IMG/VR virus record: IMGVR_UViG_3300029288_000055
Coordinates: 64,001-128,000 of that record
Source: a virus
Lineage: Duplodnaviria; Heunggongvirae; Uroviricota; Caudoviricetes
Reading direction: 5' to 3' (one strand)
DNA length: 64,000 bases
The position numbers were made by a program, and so were the translations under genes. Shown here piece after piece: positions 30,621-39,760 of this stretch. Each line of letters starts with the position of its first letter. The first letter of the stretch is position 1. The notes under the pieces were generated by a model, which was given only the letters and a program-made list of their open reading frames with translations, made no database searches and was not told where the DNA came from.

Positions 30621-32714
30621 TTAAGTTAATGCCATTGGTATTACTACACTTGTTTGTGCGTTTGATATATAAACATTATATGATTTACCTGCCCAACATG
30701 CACTTGTAACACTAACCACATCAGGAGCAGGAAATAAATTACATGCTGGATTTATACCACCACCAATTGCACCATTATTTGTTGGAGCAGATGGTGTACA
30801 CCAGCAAACTTTTGATACTGTTGCTGGAACAGCAAACCACAAATAATCATCATTACCACTATTAAATGTAATACTAATACTTCCAGAACTACTTGCAAGA
30901 ATTTTAGTTCCACCAATTACCATTGCACATGTTGCTGTTGGACGATTTGTACCAGAAGGACCGGGACACGTACATATGCCCCAATAATAAGGTAAATATG
31001 CTGTTGTTGTATATGCAACTGAACCAAAACAAGTACCACATGTATTTGTAACACAGCCACACCATGATTGTTGTTGACCACAAGTTGTGGCAGTATATGA
31101 TGTTATTGTTGCTGATTGTGGTGATGAAATTGGACACGCAGTTGCAATGTTACTTCCGAGTGTAACATCCCTAATTGACAATGTATTTGCACAAATATTA
31201 CTTGAATTAGTAAAACCAAAAGTAAATGATTTACTACCACTTATCTGACAACCAACCTCAATAGTTGCAGGAACACCAGCAGTACTAAAACTACTAAAAG
31301 TAGGTACTAAGTATTCAACAAGAATTTCTTCAAGAATGCTCTCCAGAGTTCTACCACATAATACAGTACTTGCTGGCATTCCACCTACAGTTACTGTAGA
31401 AGGACTTGCTGAACTATATGTCGTGCTACCAGTTATTTGATCATCTACATATTTTTTATCAACAAGTTGAGTATCGCCAGTAAATATGGGATGTGTAACA
31501 TAGTTCATATTTGTTCCACACACACATATATTATTACTAACTAAATTTAAATTACCTGAACCTGAGTCAATATCTGTATCTGCTGGTGATACAAAAATAT
31601 GATTAGCACCTAAAGTTTCATCACCAATAACAATAGCTGTTGGGTCAATTACAACACTATATCCTGCAGTTCCAAGTGTTAATTTTTTTGTAGCTGTTCC
31701 TATAACAGTATCACCAGTTAATGTACCACCAAGAATAATATTTCTACCAACAGCAGTTAAACCATTAGTTGCACCAGTAATCGCTGTATTAAGTATTGGG
31801 GCTGTTGTGGCAGTATATGCATTATATGCACTAACATTAAGTTTTGTTGTTTGTAAATTATTTAATATTGTTGCTAAAGTACCAGTAGTTATATCAACAC
31901 TAATAGTACTACCACTAATTATTATACTATTTCCAGCAGAATATGATGAACTACTGAACAATCCAAATGTTAATGGCGTAACATCAATTGTTATTGGATT
32001 TTCTGTAACTAAAACCCAAATTGTGTTACTATGTGTACTACCAGTAATTACAGGTATTAATGCACCTTGAACAGTTTCACCACTTGGACTTCCATCAAAA
32101 TCAGAACTACGAGTAAATCCTGATGTTGATGCAGAATATATATAAATACCATTTTGTTTTCCAAGTATTTGATTTTTAATTAAAACTCTCCAATCATTTT
32201 GAACAATAATTCCATCAATAGTTGAACCACTTACAAAAGTACCACCAGTTAAATCAATATTACCATCACTTAAAGTTGTTGTTACTTCAACTGCTAACTT
32301 AGGGTCAAGTCCTGTTGCAACAATATCTACATATTTTTTATCAACAATTTGTGTATCACTACTAAAAAATGGATGTGTTGAATAACTTAAAATACCATTA
32401 CTAAATGAAGTATCACCACTCAATACACCACCTAATGCAACCTGTGTACCATTATTTGCAAGATGTAAACCGTTTGTAGTACCAGTTAAAGTACCAATAT
32501 TAGTTTTGAGAACTAAATCTCCATTAGTGATTCCATTAGCATACCAATATTCAGCACCCAATATATTTACAGTTAAACCAGTATATCTATATGATAATGG
32601 AATACCAGCATTTACTGCACCAATTGTTGTCCAAGGTGTAGATATATTTAAATATTTACTATCTATTGGTTTTCCTATATTAACCGCTAAATTATCATTA
32701 ATAATTATTGCCAT
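30621..32714 (-). CDS. Fibre/virion protein
   Basis: PIDSKY module; RVLIKNQ..QNGIY..TRSSDFD fibre domain; C-terminal DYLWFAVP domain. Confidence 0.72.
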   Translation of the reverse strand: MAIIINDNLAVNIGKPIDSKYLNISTPWTTIGAVNAGIPLSYRYTGLTVNILGAEYWYANGITNGDLVLKTNIGTLTGTTNGLHLANNGTQVALGGVLSGDTSFSNGILSYSTHPFFSSDTQIVDKKYVDIVATGLDPKLAVEVTTTLSDGNIDLTGGTFVSGSTIDGIIVQNDWRVLIKNQILGKQNGIYIYSASTSGFTRSSDFDGSPSGETVQGALIPVITGSTHSNTIWVLVTENPITIDVTPLTFGLFSSSSYSAGNSIIISGSTISVDITTGTLATILNNLQTTKLNVSAYNAYTATTAPILNTAITGATNGLTAVGRNIILGGTLTGDTVIGTATKKLTLGTAGYSVVIDPTAIVIGDETLGANHIFVSPADTDIDSGSGNLNLVSNNICVCGTNMNYVTHPIFTGDTQLVDKKYVDDQITGSTTYSSASPSTVTVGGMPASTVLCGRTLESILEEILVEYLVPTFSSFSTAGVPATIEVGCQISGSKSFTFGFTNSSNICANTLSIRDVTLGSNIATACPISSPQSATITSYTATTCGQQQSWCGCVTNTCGTCFGSVAYTTTAYLPYYWGICTCPGPSGTNRPTATCAMVIGGTKILASSSGSISITFNSGNDDYLWFAVPATVSKVCWCTPSAPTNNGAIGGGINPACNLFPAPDVVSVTSACWAGKSYNVYISNAQTSVVIPMALT

Positions 32715-32749
32715 TTTATTCTATTTTTTATAATCTTTAATTTTTATTA

Positions 32750-34564
32750 TTAACTCATGCACATTGGTACTCCTACTGCAGTTCCTGTTGGAGCACAACT
32801 AACATATACCATAAAATTACAACCTATCCAACAACCACTTCCTGAAGTTACAGTAACACTACATGATGCTGCAAATAAGTTACCAACGCCACCAATACAA
32901 CCATTATTTGTTCCATTAACATACCAACAAGTTTTTACAGGAGTTCCAGCAGGTACTGCAAACCAAAGATAATCCGTTGATGCACTATTATATGTAATTG
33001 GTAATGTACCACTTGCTGAAGCAACTATTTTTGTTCCAGCAGCAACACATGCACCATTAACTATTCCTGAAGCACTTTTTCCCCAATACCAAGGTAATAT
33101 ACCAGTAATACTAACACTTGCAGAAGGTGTCATTCCTGCAGGACATGCTGAATTAAAAACAGTTCCTTTTGTACTTATTGGCTGAACACCAGCACCATAA
33201 CATGTTTGAACACTCCAAGTTTGACTACCACCTATAACTGTATAGCCAGCTATTGATCTTGTATCTGTTAATGCACTGCTTGCATATGCAGCACCAATTT
33301 GAGCACCAGTATATATGTAACAACTTGGTAAACCAACTCTCTTATCTGAAGTACTACAACCTTGTGGATTTATACAACCTCTGTTAAATGCACCAATAAC
33401 ATTAAATGAAGCACTACATCCAATTTCATATGGTGAAACTGCTGTTGTACTTATTGAACCAATAGGAGCAGTTAATGTACCAAATATTTCTGGCACTAAT
33501 ATTTCTTCAAATAATTGAAACGCTGTTTTTCCTGTTAAAATTGTTCCAGCACAAATACCACCAACAGGGCAAACTGAAGGTGAACTTAAATCATATGTAC
33601 CACCACCAGTACCACCAGTTGAAGATATCACAATATTATTTCCAACTTGACTAACAACAGTATCACCACCACCACAAATACTTTTAAATTGAAGAGTATT
33701 ATTTGTAACACCACTATAAATACCAACACCCGTACCAATATTAATACCTTTAACTGTTGCACCTGACAAATAAACAAATGCTTCATCAGATGTTACACTA
33801 ATAATATTTGGAGTTATTGATTGAATTGTTTTAAAATCTAAAATTTTACCCTCTTTTTTTGCAAAAACACCACCACCAATAGTAATTGTAGTTCCTGTTG
33901 TTAAACTACCAAGAATTGTATCAACAACTATATCTGAACCATTATTAGGATTAGTTCCAGTAATCCAAGAAGTTTGAATATATGGAATTGCTGGTGGATA
34001 ATATGCTACACCATTTTGAAATGTTCCAATTTGTTCTGCAATATTGCCATCAATTAAAATCCAACCAAGCAAATTTCCACTACCAGTATATTCATTCCAA
34101 ATCCATGACTTAACTGGTGATGCTGTCTTTACATAACCTCTTTTTAATATACCGTCACTTGGTGTACCAACATGAATTTTACCATCAGTACCTCTATAAT
34201 AATAATTATATAATGAATAATAATCACCATCATAAGCATTAAGACTTACATGATTTAATGGTAATATTTGTACACCTGTTTTGCCACTAAAGAATCCAAC
34301 ATTTGTTGCACCCGTGACAAAATCTCCACTTGGTATTATACTATCATATTTTTTTTCAATTAAATTGATATCAGCAACACCACCATTATACCAATATTCA
34401 ATACCTAATATATTTACCGTTAAGCCACTATATCTTATTGGAATTGGTAATTGTAAGTTTGCTTGTGCAACACTTATATATGCGGTATTTCCTGTACTCA
34501 AATATCTTGATTCACTTGGTTTACCAGCATTGATTTTAATATTGTCATTTAATATTATTGCCAT
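32750..34564 (-). CDS. Virion protein paralogous to 30621-32714
   Basis: Shared N-terminal module and C-terminal WYWG...DYLWFAVP domain. Confidence 0.7.
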   Translation of the reverse strand: MAIILNDNIKINAGKPSESRYLSTGNTAYISVAQANLQLPIPIRYSGLTVNILGIEYWYNGGVADINLIEKKYDSIIPSGDFVTGATNVGFFSGKTGVQILPLNHVSLNAYDGDYYSLYNYYYRGTDGKIHVGTPSDGILKRGYVKTASPVKSWIWNEYTGSGNLLGWILIDGNIAEQIGTFQNGVAYYPPAIPYIQTSWITGTNPNNGSDIVVDTILGSLTTGTTITIGGGVFAKKEGKILDFKTIQSITPNIISVTSDEAFVYLSGATVKGINIGTGVGIYSGVTNNTLQFKSICGGGDTVVSQVGNNIVISSTGGTGGGTYDLSSPSVCPVGGICAGTILTGKTAFQLFEEILVPEIFGTLTAPIGSISTTAVSPYEIGCSASFNVIGAFNRGCINPQGCSTSDKRVGLPSCYIYTGAQIGAAYASSALTDTRSIAGYTVIGGSQTWSVQTCYGAGVQPISTKGTVFNSACPAGMTPSASVSITGILPWYWGKSASGIVNGACVAAGTKIVASASGTLPITYNSASTDYLWFAVPAGTPVKTCWYVNGTNNGCIGGVGNLFAASCSVTVTSGSGCWIGCNFMVYVSCAPTGTAVGVPMCMS

Positions 34565-34576
34565 TTTCTATATTTT

Positions 34577-35734
34577 TTAACTATTTCTTAATTCCATTAA
34601 TAAATTTGCAGCAGTTTGATAGTTACTTACATAAACTTTATATGCTTGACCTGACCAACATATTGTTGTTACTGGCGTTACTGTTGCTGGAGAAGGAAAT
34701 AAATTACCACCGGGAGTTACTGCACCACCAATAGCACCATTATTAAGATTATTAACAAACCAACATGTTTTTGTTGTTGAAACATTTGGCGTTGCAAACC
34801 ATATATAATCATCAGAAGTACTATTAAAATTAATAGAAACTGTACCTAAACTATCAGCAACTATTTTATTACCTGCAATCACTAATGCACATGTTGGTGT
34901 AGGTCTATTAACACCAGTAGGAACACCACCACTTGCTACTTTACCATAAAAATATGGATAAATACCAGAAATTATTCTTTGAACTGCAGGTGCTGTAGTT
35001 CCTGCAGGTGTTGCACCTGAAAAAACACCACCTGAACTGTTATATGCTGGTGTTGCACCTGAAGTATATGCCACCCAACCAGCCAAAACATTATTAGCTC
35101 CTGCAACAATTGTATGTAACGGAGCAGCACATGAATTACTTAAGCTACTTGAAACTACTGGTGCTAATGATATACCATAATACGTATATAAATATGAAGA
35201 AGGAAGACCACTTCTAAATGGTGAAGTACCACAATATTGAGGGCAAATACTACCCCTGCTAAAAGTTGCATTACCTGTTATCGTTACCTGACAACCAACT
35301 TCATATGTTGTATCAGATGGAGAAATTGTAAATGTACTTGAAGGTGGTACTATTGTAGGATTTAATGTAGGAACTAACATTGTTTCAAGAATACATGATA
35401 ATGTTTTTCCAGTAAGTACAAATCCAGCACAAATGCCACATAAACTTACTGCAGCAGGTGATTTACATATCGCTGGATATATAGGGTCACCACCAGCACC
35501 TGAAGGTAATAATTTAATTTTACCTACGCCATCATATGTTAACACATCACCAACATGTGAATCTGCATTTTCTGCGGTAACAATAAGATCAGGATGTAAA
35601 GTACCAATTGAATCATTGTGTAGTGTTAGACCGCTTGTAGTTGCAATACGAGTTTGACCAGAAAGAGTTAATGTACTACCAACTTCTTGTCTGAATTGTA
35701 TGTCTTCTAAATTTGGACGTGCGAAAAATGTCAT
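34577..35734 (-). CDS. Virion protein paralogous to the previous two
   Basis: YFYG...DDYIWFATP...NNGAIGG...NLFP C-terminal domain. Confidence 0.68.
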   Translation of the reverse strand: MTFFARPNLEDIQFRQEVGSTLTLSGQTRIATTSGLTLHNDSIGTLHPDLIVTAENADSHVGDVLTYDGVGKIKLLPSGAGGDPIYPAICKSPAAVSLCGICAGFVLTGKTLSCILETMLVPTLNPTIVPPSSTFTISPSDTTYEVGCQVTITGNATFSRGSICPQYCGTSPFRSGLPSSYLYTYYGISLAPVVSSSLSNSCAAPLHTIVAGANNVLAGWVAYTSGATPAYNSSGGVFSGATPAGTTAPAVQRIISGIYPYFYGKVASGGVPTGVNRPTPTCALVIAGNKIVADSLGTVSINFNSTSDDYIWFATPNVSTTKTCWFVNNLNNGAIGGAVTPGGNLFPSPATVTPVTTICWSGQAYKVYVSNYQTAANLLMELRNS

Positions 35735-35867
35735 ATGTTTTTAATTAAATTCTTATTATAATTTTTCGTAACTTACAAACCGTCCAGTAAGTTACCTAAA
35801 CCGACCATTTCTGATCGGTTTTATTTATAATAAATACAAAAGAACTTGATTAAAAACATCATAAAAT

Positions 35868-35902
35868 AAAAAAACCCTGTAAGAATAATTTTCTACAGGG
35901 TT
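35868..35902 (-). terminator. Intrinsic terminator ending the vWA-ARPP operon
   Basis: Minus strand AACCCTGTA...TACAGGGTTTTTTT. Confidence 0.65.
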
Positions 35903-35908
35903 ATAAAA

Positions 35909-35944
35909 AAATTAAGGTCCGCAAATATTTGCGGACCTTAATTT
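35909..35944. repeat. Perfect 36-bp palindrome with no spacer
   Basis: aaattaaggtccgcaaat|atttgcggaccttaattt. Confidence 0.9.
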
Positions 35945-35957
35945 ATAATATATTAAA

Positions 35958-37055
35958 TTACAAACTAAAATTTTTCTGTTTACGTGCTTTATTTCTAAGT
36001 TCACTTATCTGTCTGTATGCATTTGGATTAAACCTTTCCCTCTTAATGATGCTTACAAGATGATTAAATTCATTTTCAGTAAGAACCTGTCCAACATAAC
36101 CTTCAGTCTTAAGAACATAACTCTTTGGAGCAGTCCTTGATGTAGACTGACCTTCTGTATCAAGTTCAGCATCAAACTGAAGTTCAAGAACTTCTTGAAT
36201 CTTTTCATGAACGCTTGCAGTCATTCTTTCCTTTGTTTTCTTCAATGCTTTTTCAAGCAAATCAACAACGGTAGTACGATTATCCTTCTTAAGTTCTTCA
36301 TATGACTGAGTAAACTCATTCACAGAAGTCTTGTGCTGCAATTCACTTATGATTGCAAGTGAGCCATAACAGTCCCTGATCATCAAATCCCATACCTGTT
36401 CAGCATATGTGAATGAAGGAAATTTGTCTATTGCAACAATTTCACCATCAATCAATACGATAATACCGATAAGATTTTTTGGACGTTCAAAATGTGCAAT
36501 GAACTGTTCAAGTTTCTTGTCATACTTGTTAAAATAAACATCAAGATAGTTACCTGCACCTGAATTAGTATCTCTACCTAATTTTTCAATTGCAGGATAA
36601 ATTCTTGAATATGAATTTGGCTTTCCGATTGAATCAAAAAGCATTTCACGCATTGAAACAGGAATCATTCTGAACTCCTGAGTACCACGGAAATAACCGC
36701 CCTGACTACCCTGAACACAACCTGCATCATGGTAAGTTACATTTGCCTTTGGAGAAACATAACCAGCTTTAATCATGCCGTGATTCTGGGCAACCTGCTT
36801 AGTAATAACAGCCATTTGTGTAGGAAGAATAACTTCCTTATTTTCGTTATTAGAAAAGCTGATTTGACCATATTGTGAGTTACTTGATGTCAATGATGTC
36901 AATGGATTCGCAAAACGATCATCCATTGAATATTCAACATCAGTTGTAAGGCAAACAACTTGCATATTTAATATGCTTTGTACCACAATATTACCATCTT
37001 TGTCTTTGACAGGACGGCAACCTTTTAACATTTCTGATAAATCTTTTGTATTCAT
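35958..37055 (-). CDS. ARPP-like (DUF6569-related) protein
   Basis: N..VILP..AV...AQNH...AGCVQ..QGG and GIIVLIDGEIVAIDKFPS...W resemble my recollection of ARPP-family motifs; not verified by search. Confidence 0.5.
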   Translation of the reverse strand: MNTKDLSEMLKGCRPVKDKDGNIVVQSILNMQVVCLTTDVEYSMDDRFANPLTSLTSSNSQYGQISFSNNENKEVILPTQMAVITKQVAQNHGMIKAGYVSPKANVTYHDAGCVQGSQGGYFRGTQEFRMIPVSMREMLFDSIGKPNSYSRIYPAIEKLGRDTNSGAGNYLDVYFNKYDKKLEQFIAHFERPKNLIGIIVLIDGEIVAIDKFPSFTYAEQVWDLMIRDCYGSLAIISELQHKTSVNEFTQSYEELKKDNRTTVVDLLEKALKKTKERMTASVHEKIQEVLELQFDAELDTEGQSTSRTAPKSYVLKTEGYVGQVLTENEFNHLVSIIKRERFNPNAYRQISELRNKARKQKNFSL

Positions 37056-37066
37056 GGTATAAATAT

Positions 37067-38707
37067 TTAAGCGTTAATACTAATTTTTTTTGTTCTCTTA
37101 ACAGGTGCTGCTTCAAGAGCAAGAACCTGATTTTCTAACCAACGTTTTGTGTCGATTTCAAGTAATCTTGCATTGATCTGTGTTTGAATTGCAACAGGAT
37201 TGTTAATCGCCATTGTAACCACTCCAGCACCTAATGCTCTTACATTACCACCTGTTTCAGCACCAGTGATTGGTGAAATCTGGAAGATAGGTATTACACT
37301 ACCAGATTCGGCTTTCCAGATTTGAATAACTTCGTTAGTCATACCATCGTAAGCATTTTCGTAACCATCAGTTATAATAAAAATTGCATCGTATGGTTTT
37401 TCTGGACGTTCTTCCTTCAAAAGTTCAATGAATGAACTTGCAAGATCACTTGCGAAACCTTTAGTATCTACTCTATTAGATTCATTTGCCGAAGCCATAA
37501 GAACCAATGAAGTAAAATCAGCGATTGCCCGTGGAGTATTCTTTGATTCTAACTTATTACCAGTCATCGACACACTGTCGTCAACTACAATACCAATATT
37601 CTGATAAAAGAAATTATTAATTTTCTTCTTTAGAGCAAGTTTTACAATTGCAGACCTAATTTCCTCAGTAAAAATAGTTTCATAACCAGTCTTGTAAAGT
37701 GCCATGAAGTCAGTTGCTTTTTCAAGTTCAACGTGTTTTTCAACGCCTAACTTTGCAGTTGACTTAGTTTGACGTACTTGCTGGTTTACAGAAGTAACTT
37801 CAACTGTTGATCTGATCATAGCCTTTGTAGCTTCTTTCTGAAGATCAGTTGACCACATAGTATGATACTGTGGGTGCTTTACAGATGAAATTAACCCAAG
37901 CAAAACTTCTTCTGGAACACTTTTAATACCCCTGATATCAACCTTTGCCTTCTGGTATTCACTCAAAAGAGGAAATTCGAAGAAATCAACATCATTATCC
38001 TTTTTAAATAAAAACAATAACAATTTGAATGCCTTTGTTGCATCACCATTAAAATATCTTACAATACATTCATTAACAATTTTAGCTTCTTTTTCGCTAT
38101 AAACGTTATTGAAAAGAATAGTATTATTGATAGCAACCTGCTTTTGTGCAATTGAAAGCAATATAGAAGTTTTTTTCAAACCATATACATGCTTCAATAC
38201 TTGTGCAATCTTATTACGATATTTCACTGCATAGAATTCAATATTAGGCTGACCCCAAATAAAGCCAAGCATAATTTTTCTTGATCTTTCGTTATTGATT
38301 TTCTTGTTTTTCAATTCAACGAAAAGACGAAGAACATATGGAAGACCGTTTTCAGTATAAAGATTACTTAATGCAGAAAGCACGGCTTTATCACTGATGC
38401 CATTATCATACCAGTCGATTGGGTTAACAATATTACATGCTCCGCCCTTTAAAGTCTGCTTAAATTCATTAAGCAACACTTCTGATACGAATTGACCAGT
38501 TGCTCCTTTCTGGGAAGCAATAATCAATGGAAGTTCCTTTGAAAGTTTATACAGTTTATCGATTTGAGTCTGTATAGCCTTCATCTGTTCGTCTCTGCTG
38601 TGGTAGTAAGTTGCTGAACTTTTGCTACCTGAAGCAATTGTTAAACCGTCAATTAATGACTGCTTAACTGCTGGAAGTGCCTTCTGTGTTAATACCAAAT
38701 TTTCCAT
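37067..38707 (-). CDS. TROVE/Ro60-like helical protein with C-terminal vWA domain (start revised to MENLVL)
   Basis: vWA MIDAS motifs VVDDSVSM and IITDGYEN; helical N-terminus with a TYY-S-xE segment like the TROVE start; ~546 aa, Ro60-like size. Confidence 0.6.
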   Translation of the reverse strand: MENLVLTQKALPAVKQSLIDGLTIASGSKSSATYYHSRDEQMKAIQTQIDKLYKLSKELPLIIASQKGATGQFVSEVLLNEFKQTLKGGACNIVNPIDWYDNGISDKAVLSALSNLYTENGLPYVLRLFVELKNKKINNERSRKIMLGFIWGQPNIEFYAVKYRNKIAQVLKHVYGLKKTSILLSIAQKQVAINNTILFNNVYSEKEAKIVNECIVRYFNGDATKAFKLLLFLFKKDNDVDFFEFPLLSEYQKAKVDIRGIKSVPEEVLLGLISSVKHPQYHTMWSTDLQKEATKAMIRSTVEVTSVNQQVRQTKSTAKLGVEKHVELEKATDFMALYKTGYETIFTEEIRSAIVKLALKKKINNFFYQNIGIVVDDSVSMTGNKLESKNTPRAIADFTSLVLMASANESNRVDTKGFASDLASSFIELLKEERPEKPYDAIFIITDGYENAYDGMTNEVIQIWKAESGSVIPIFQISPITGAETGGNVRALGAGVVTMAINNPVAIQTQINARLLEIDTKRWLENQVLALEAAPVKRTKKISINA

Positions 38708-38788
38708 AGTCTCAAATTTATTAGTTAAAATTAATGTGCAATTATACGAATAATATTTTAATAAGTTACAAAATAATATAAAAAACAC

Positions 38789-38839
38789 AAAAAAAATGGG
38801 TGAGTTAACGCATTTCTACGTTAAGTCCCCACCCATTTT
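38789..38839 (-). terminator. GAAA-capped long hairpin plus U-tract ending the ncRNA array
   Basis: AAAATGGGTG..TTAACGTA-GAAA-TGCGTTAA..CACCCATTTTTTTT. Confidence 0.65.
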
Positions 38840-38869
38840 CCTAAGAAAAACAAACACTTCTCATAATTG

Positions 38870-38963
38870 AGAAGAAGTTTAGTTGTAATTTGGTAAGTTT
38901 GTCCCGTCTCTCAATGGACGGGATTACATGTTTCAATCTACTGTATTCACAACAAGTTCTTCT
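38870..38963 (-). ncRNA. Carrier-stem RNA module D (hairpin cargo)
   Basis: AGAAGAA/TTCTTCT outer stem, GTTGTGAAT/ATTACAAC inner stem, ACAGTA motif, cargo hairpin TCCCGTC/GACGGGA. Confidence 0.6.
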
Positions 38964-38966
38964 TTG

Positions 38967-39024
38967 TAATTGTTGCTTCATAGTGGCACGCTCCGAAGAA
39001 CCCGACACTTCAACACAACAATTA
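38967..39024 (-). ncRNA. Stem-loop module with cUUCGg tetraloop
   Basis: TAATTGTTG/CAACAATTA, AGTG/CACT, GTTC-TTCG-GAGC. Confidence 0.5.
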
Positions 39025-39161
39025 TTTCTTTTTTTAAAAAACACTACACTTCTGCAGTGAAAAACCATTCTTAACCTGCGAATATATCAACATTCGCTCA
39101 AATGTTAGGCGGTATGCCCCGTTTTTATTTAAAAACACTGATACCAACAGCCAAAAACTTT

Positions 39162-39215
39162 AAACGGGTTGGGTTTAATGTGTCCGATTAGCGTTGACAC
39201 GACCCATTTCCGTTT
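39162..39215 (-). ncRNA. Three-segment stem-loop module
   Basis: AAACGG/CCGTTT, TGGGT/ACCCA, GTGTC/GACAC. Confidence 0.45.
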
Positions 39216-39223
39216 TAAAACTT

Positions 39224-39366
39224 AGGGAACAATTTAAAAGTATTTTTTGTTTTTGATTGCAAGTTTAGCCGACTTGTGACTTAACCGCTTGTCTAATTCT
39301 CCAATTGTGGCGGAGGATGATGGATTCGAACCACCGAAATTACTATAAACACTTTTCGTTTTCCCT
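39224..39366 (-). ncRNA. Carrier-stem RNA module B containing a circularly permuted tRNA-Ser(GCT) (YrlA/Y-RNA-like)
   Basis: Order inside the carrier stems (AGGGAA/TTCCCT and AAAAGTGTTT/AAATACTTTT): T arm GGTGG-TTCGAAT-CCATC, acceptor 3' strand ATCCTCC-G-CCA, linker, acceptor 5' strand GGAGAAT, D arm, anticodon arm CAAGT-CGGCTAA-ACTTG. Confidence 0.8.
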
Positions 39367-39393
39367 TTGTATTTTTAAAGAACACTTTTAATA

Positions 39394-39550
39394 AAATTAA
39401 GATGGCGCAGACCTATTGTGGCTGTCTTTACTCTCTCATTGCATGAGAACCATTCAATTACGGCTGACTTAACAACTACTACCCAAGTTCTTGTTCTCAA
39501 ACTGTACAGTAATCAAACAATCGCCATTTGGCATTTCGTAATCTTAATTT
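39394..39550 (-). ncRNA. Stem-closed module F
   Basis: AAATTAAGAT/ATCTTAATTT and ATGGCG/CGCCAT stems; ACAGTT motif; TGAGAAC/GTTCTCA. Confidence 0.45.
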
Positions 39551-39560
39551 CAAATAACTT

Positions 39561-39640
39561 TGAAGAAATTCGTTGGTCTTGTTTTAGTTTTACTCTGATT
39601 TCAAGTCAAATTGTTTACTGTAAAAACCACCAGTTCTTCA
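39561..39640 (-). ncRNA. Carrier-stem RNA module C displaying a Ser(TGA) anticodon stem-loop
   Basis: TGAAGAA/TTCTTCA, TGGTTTT/AAGACCA, ACAGTAA motif, TTTGA-CTTGAAA-TCAGA. Confidence 0.68.
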
Positions 39641-39645
39641 TTTTG

Positions 39646-39720
39646 TAGCGGAGGGTGGATTCGAACACACCGATCTTAACGTTATGAGCGTCACGAGTTA
39701 ACCACTGCTACTACCCCGCA
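39646..39720 (-). tRNA. tRNA-Met(CAT), initiator-like but degenerate
   Basis: TGCGGGG acceptor with 1:72 mismatch; TGACG-CTCATAA-CGTTA; TTCGAAT T-loop; extra bases in D and T stems; no encoded CCA. Confidence 0.75.
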
Positions 39721-39760
39721 ATGTTATGAGATTTTGTGAAAATCCCATGAAAACTATAAG

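Noticed and set aside
38708-38788. N-terminal extension of the vWA ORF in the track
   Set aside because: Overlaps a promoter-like segment; the ATG at 38707 with an A-rich leader is more plausible
38841-39648. Short ORFs 38841-39068 (-) and 39418-39648 (+) in the array
   Set aside because: No recognisable motifs; they overlap structured RNA modules that explain the sequence better
39725-39749. Hairpin ATGGGATT-TTCACAA-AATCTCAT as a Val(CAC) anticodon mimic
   Set aside because: The loop can close further by U-A pairs and there is no handle motif; more likely a spacer or processing hairpin
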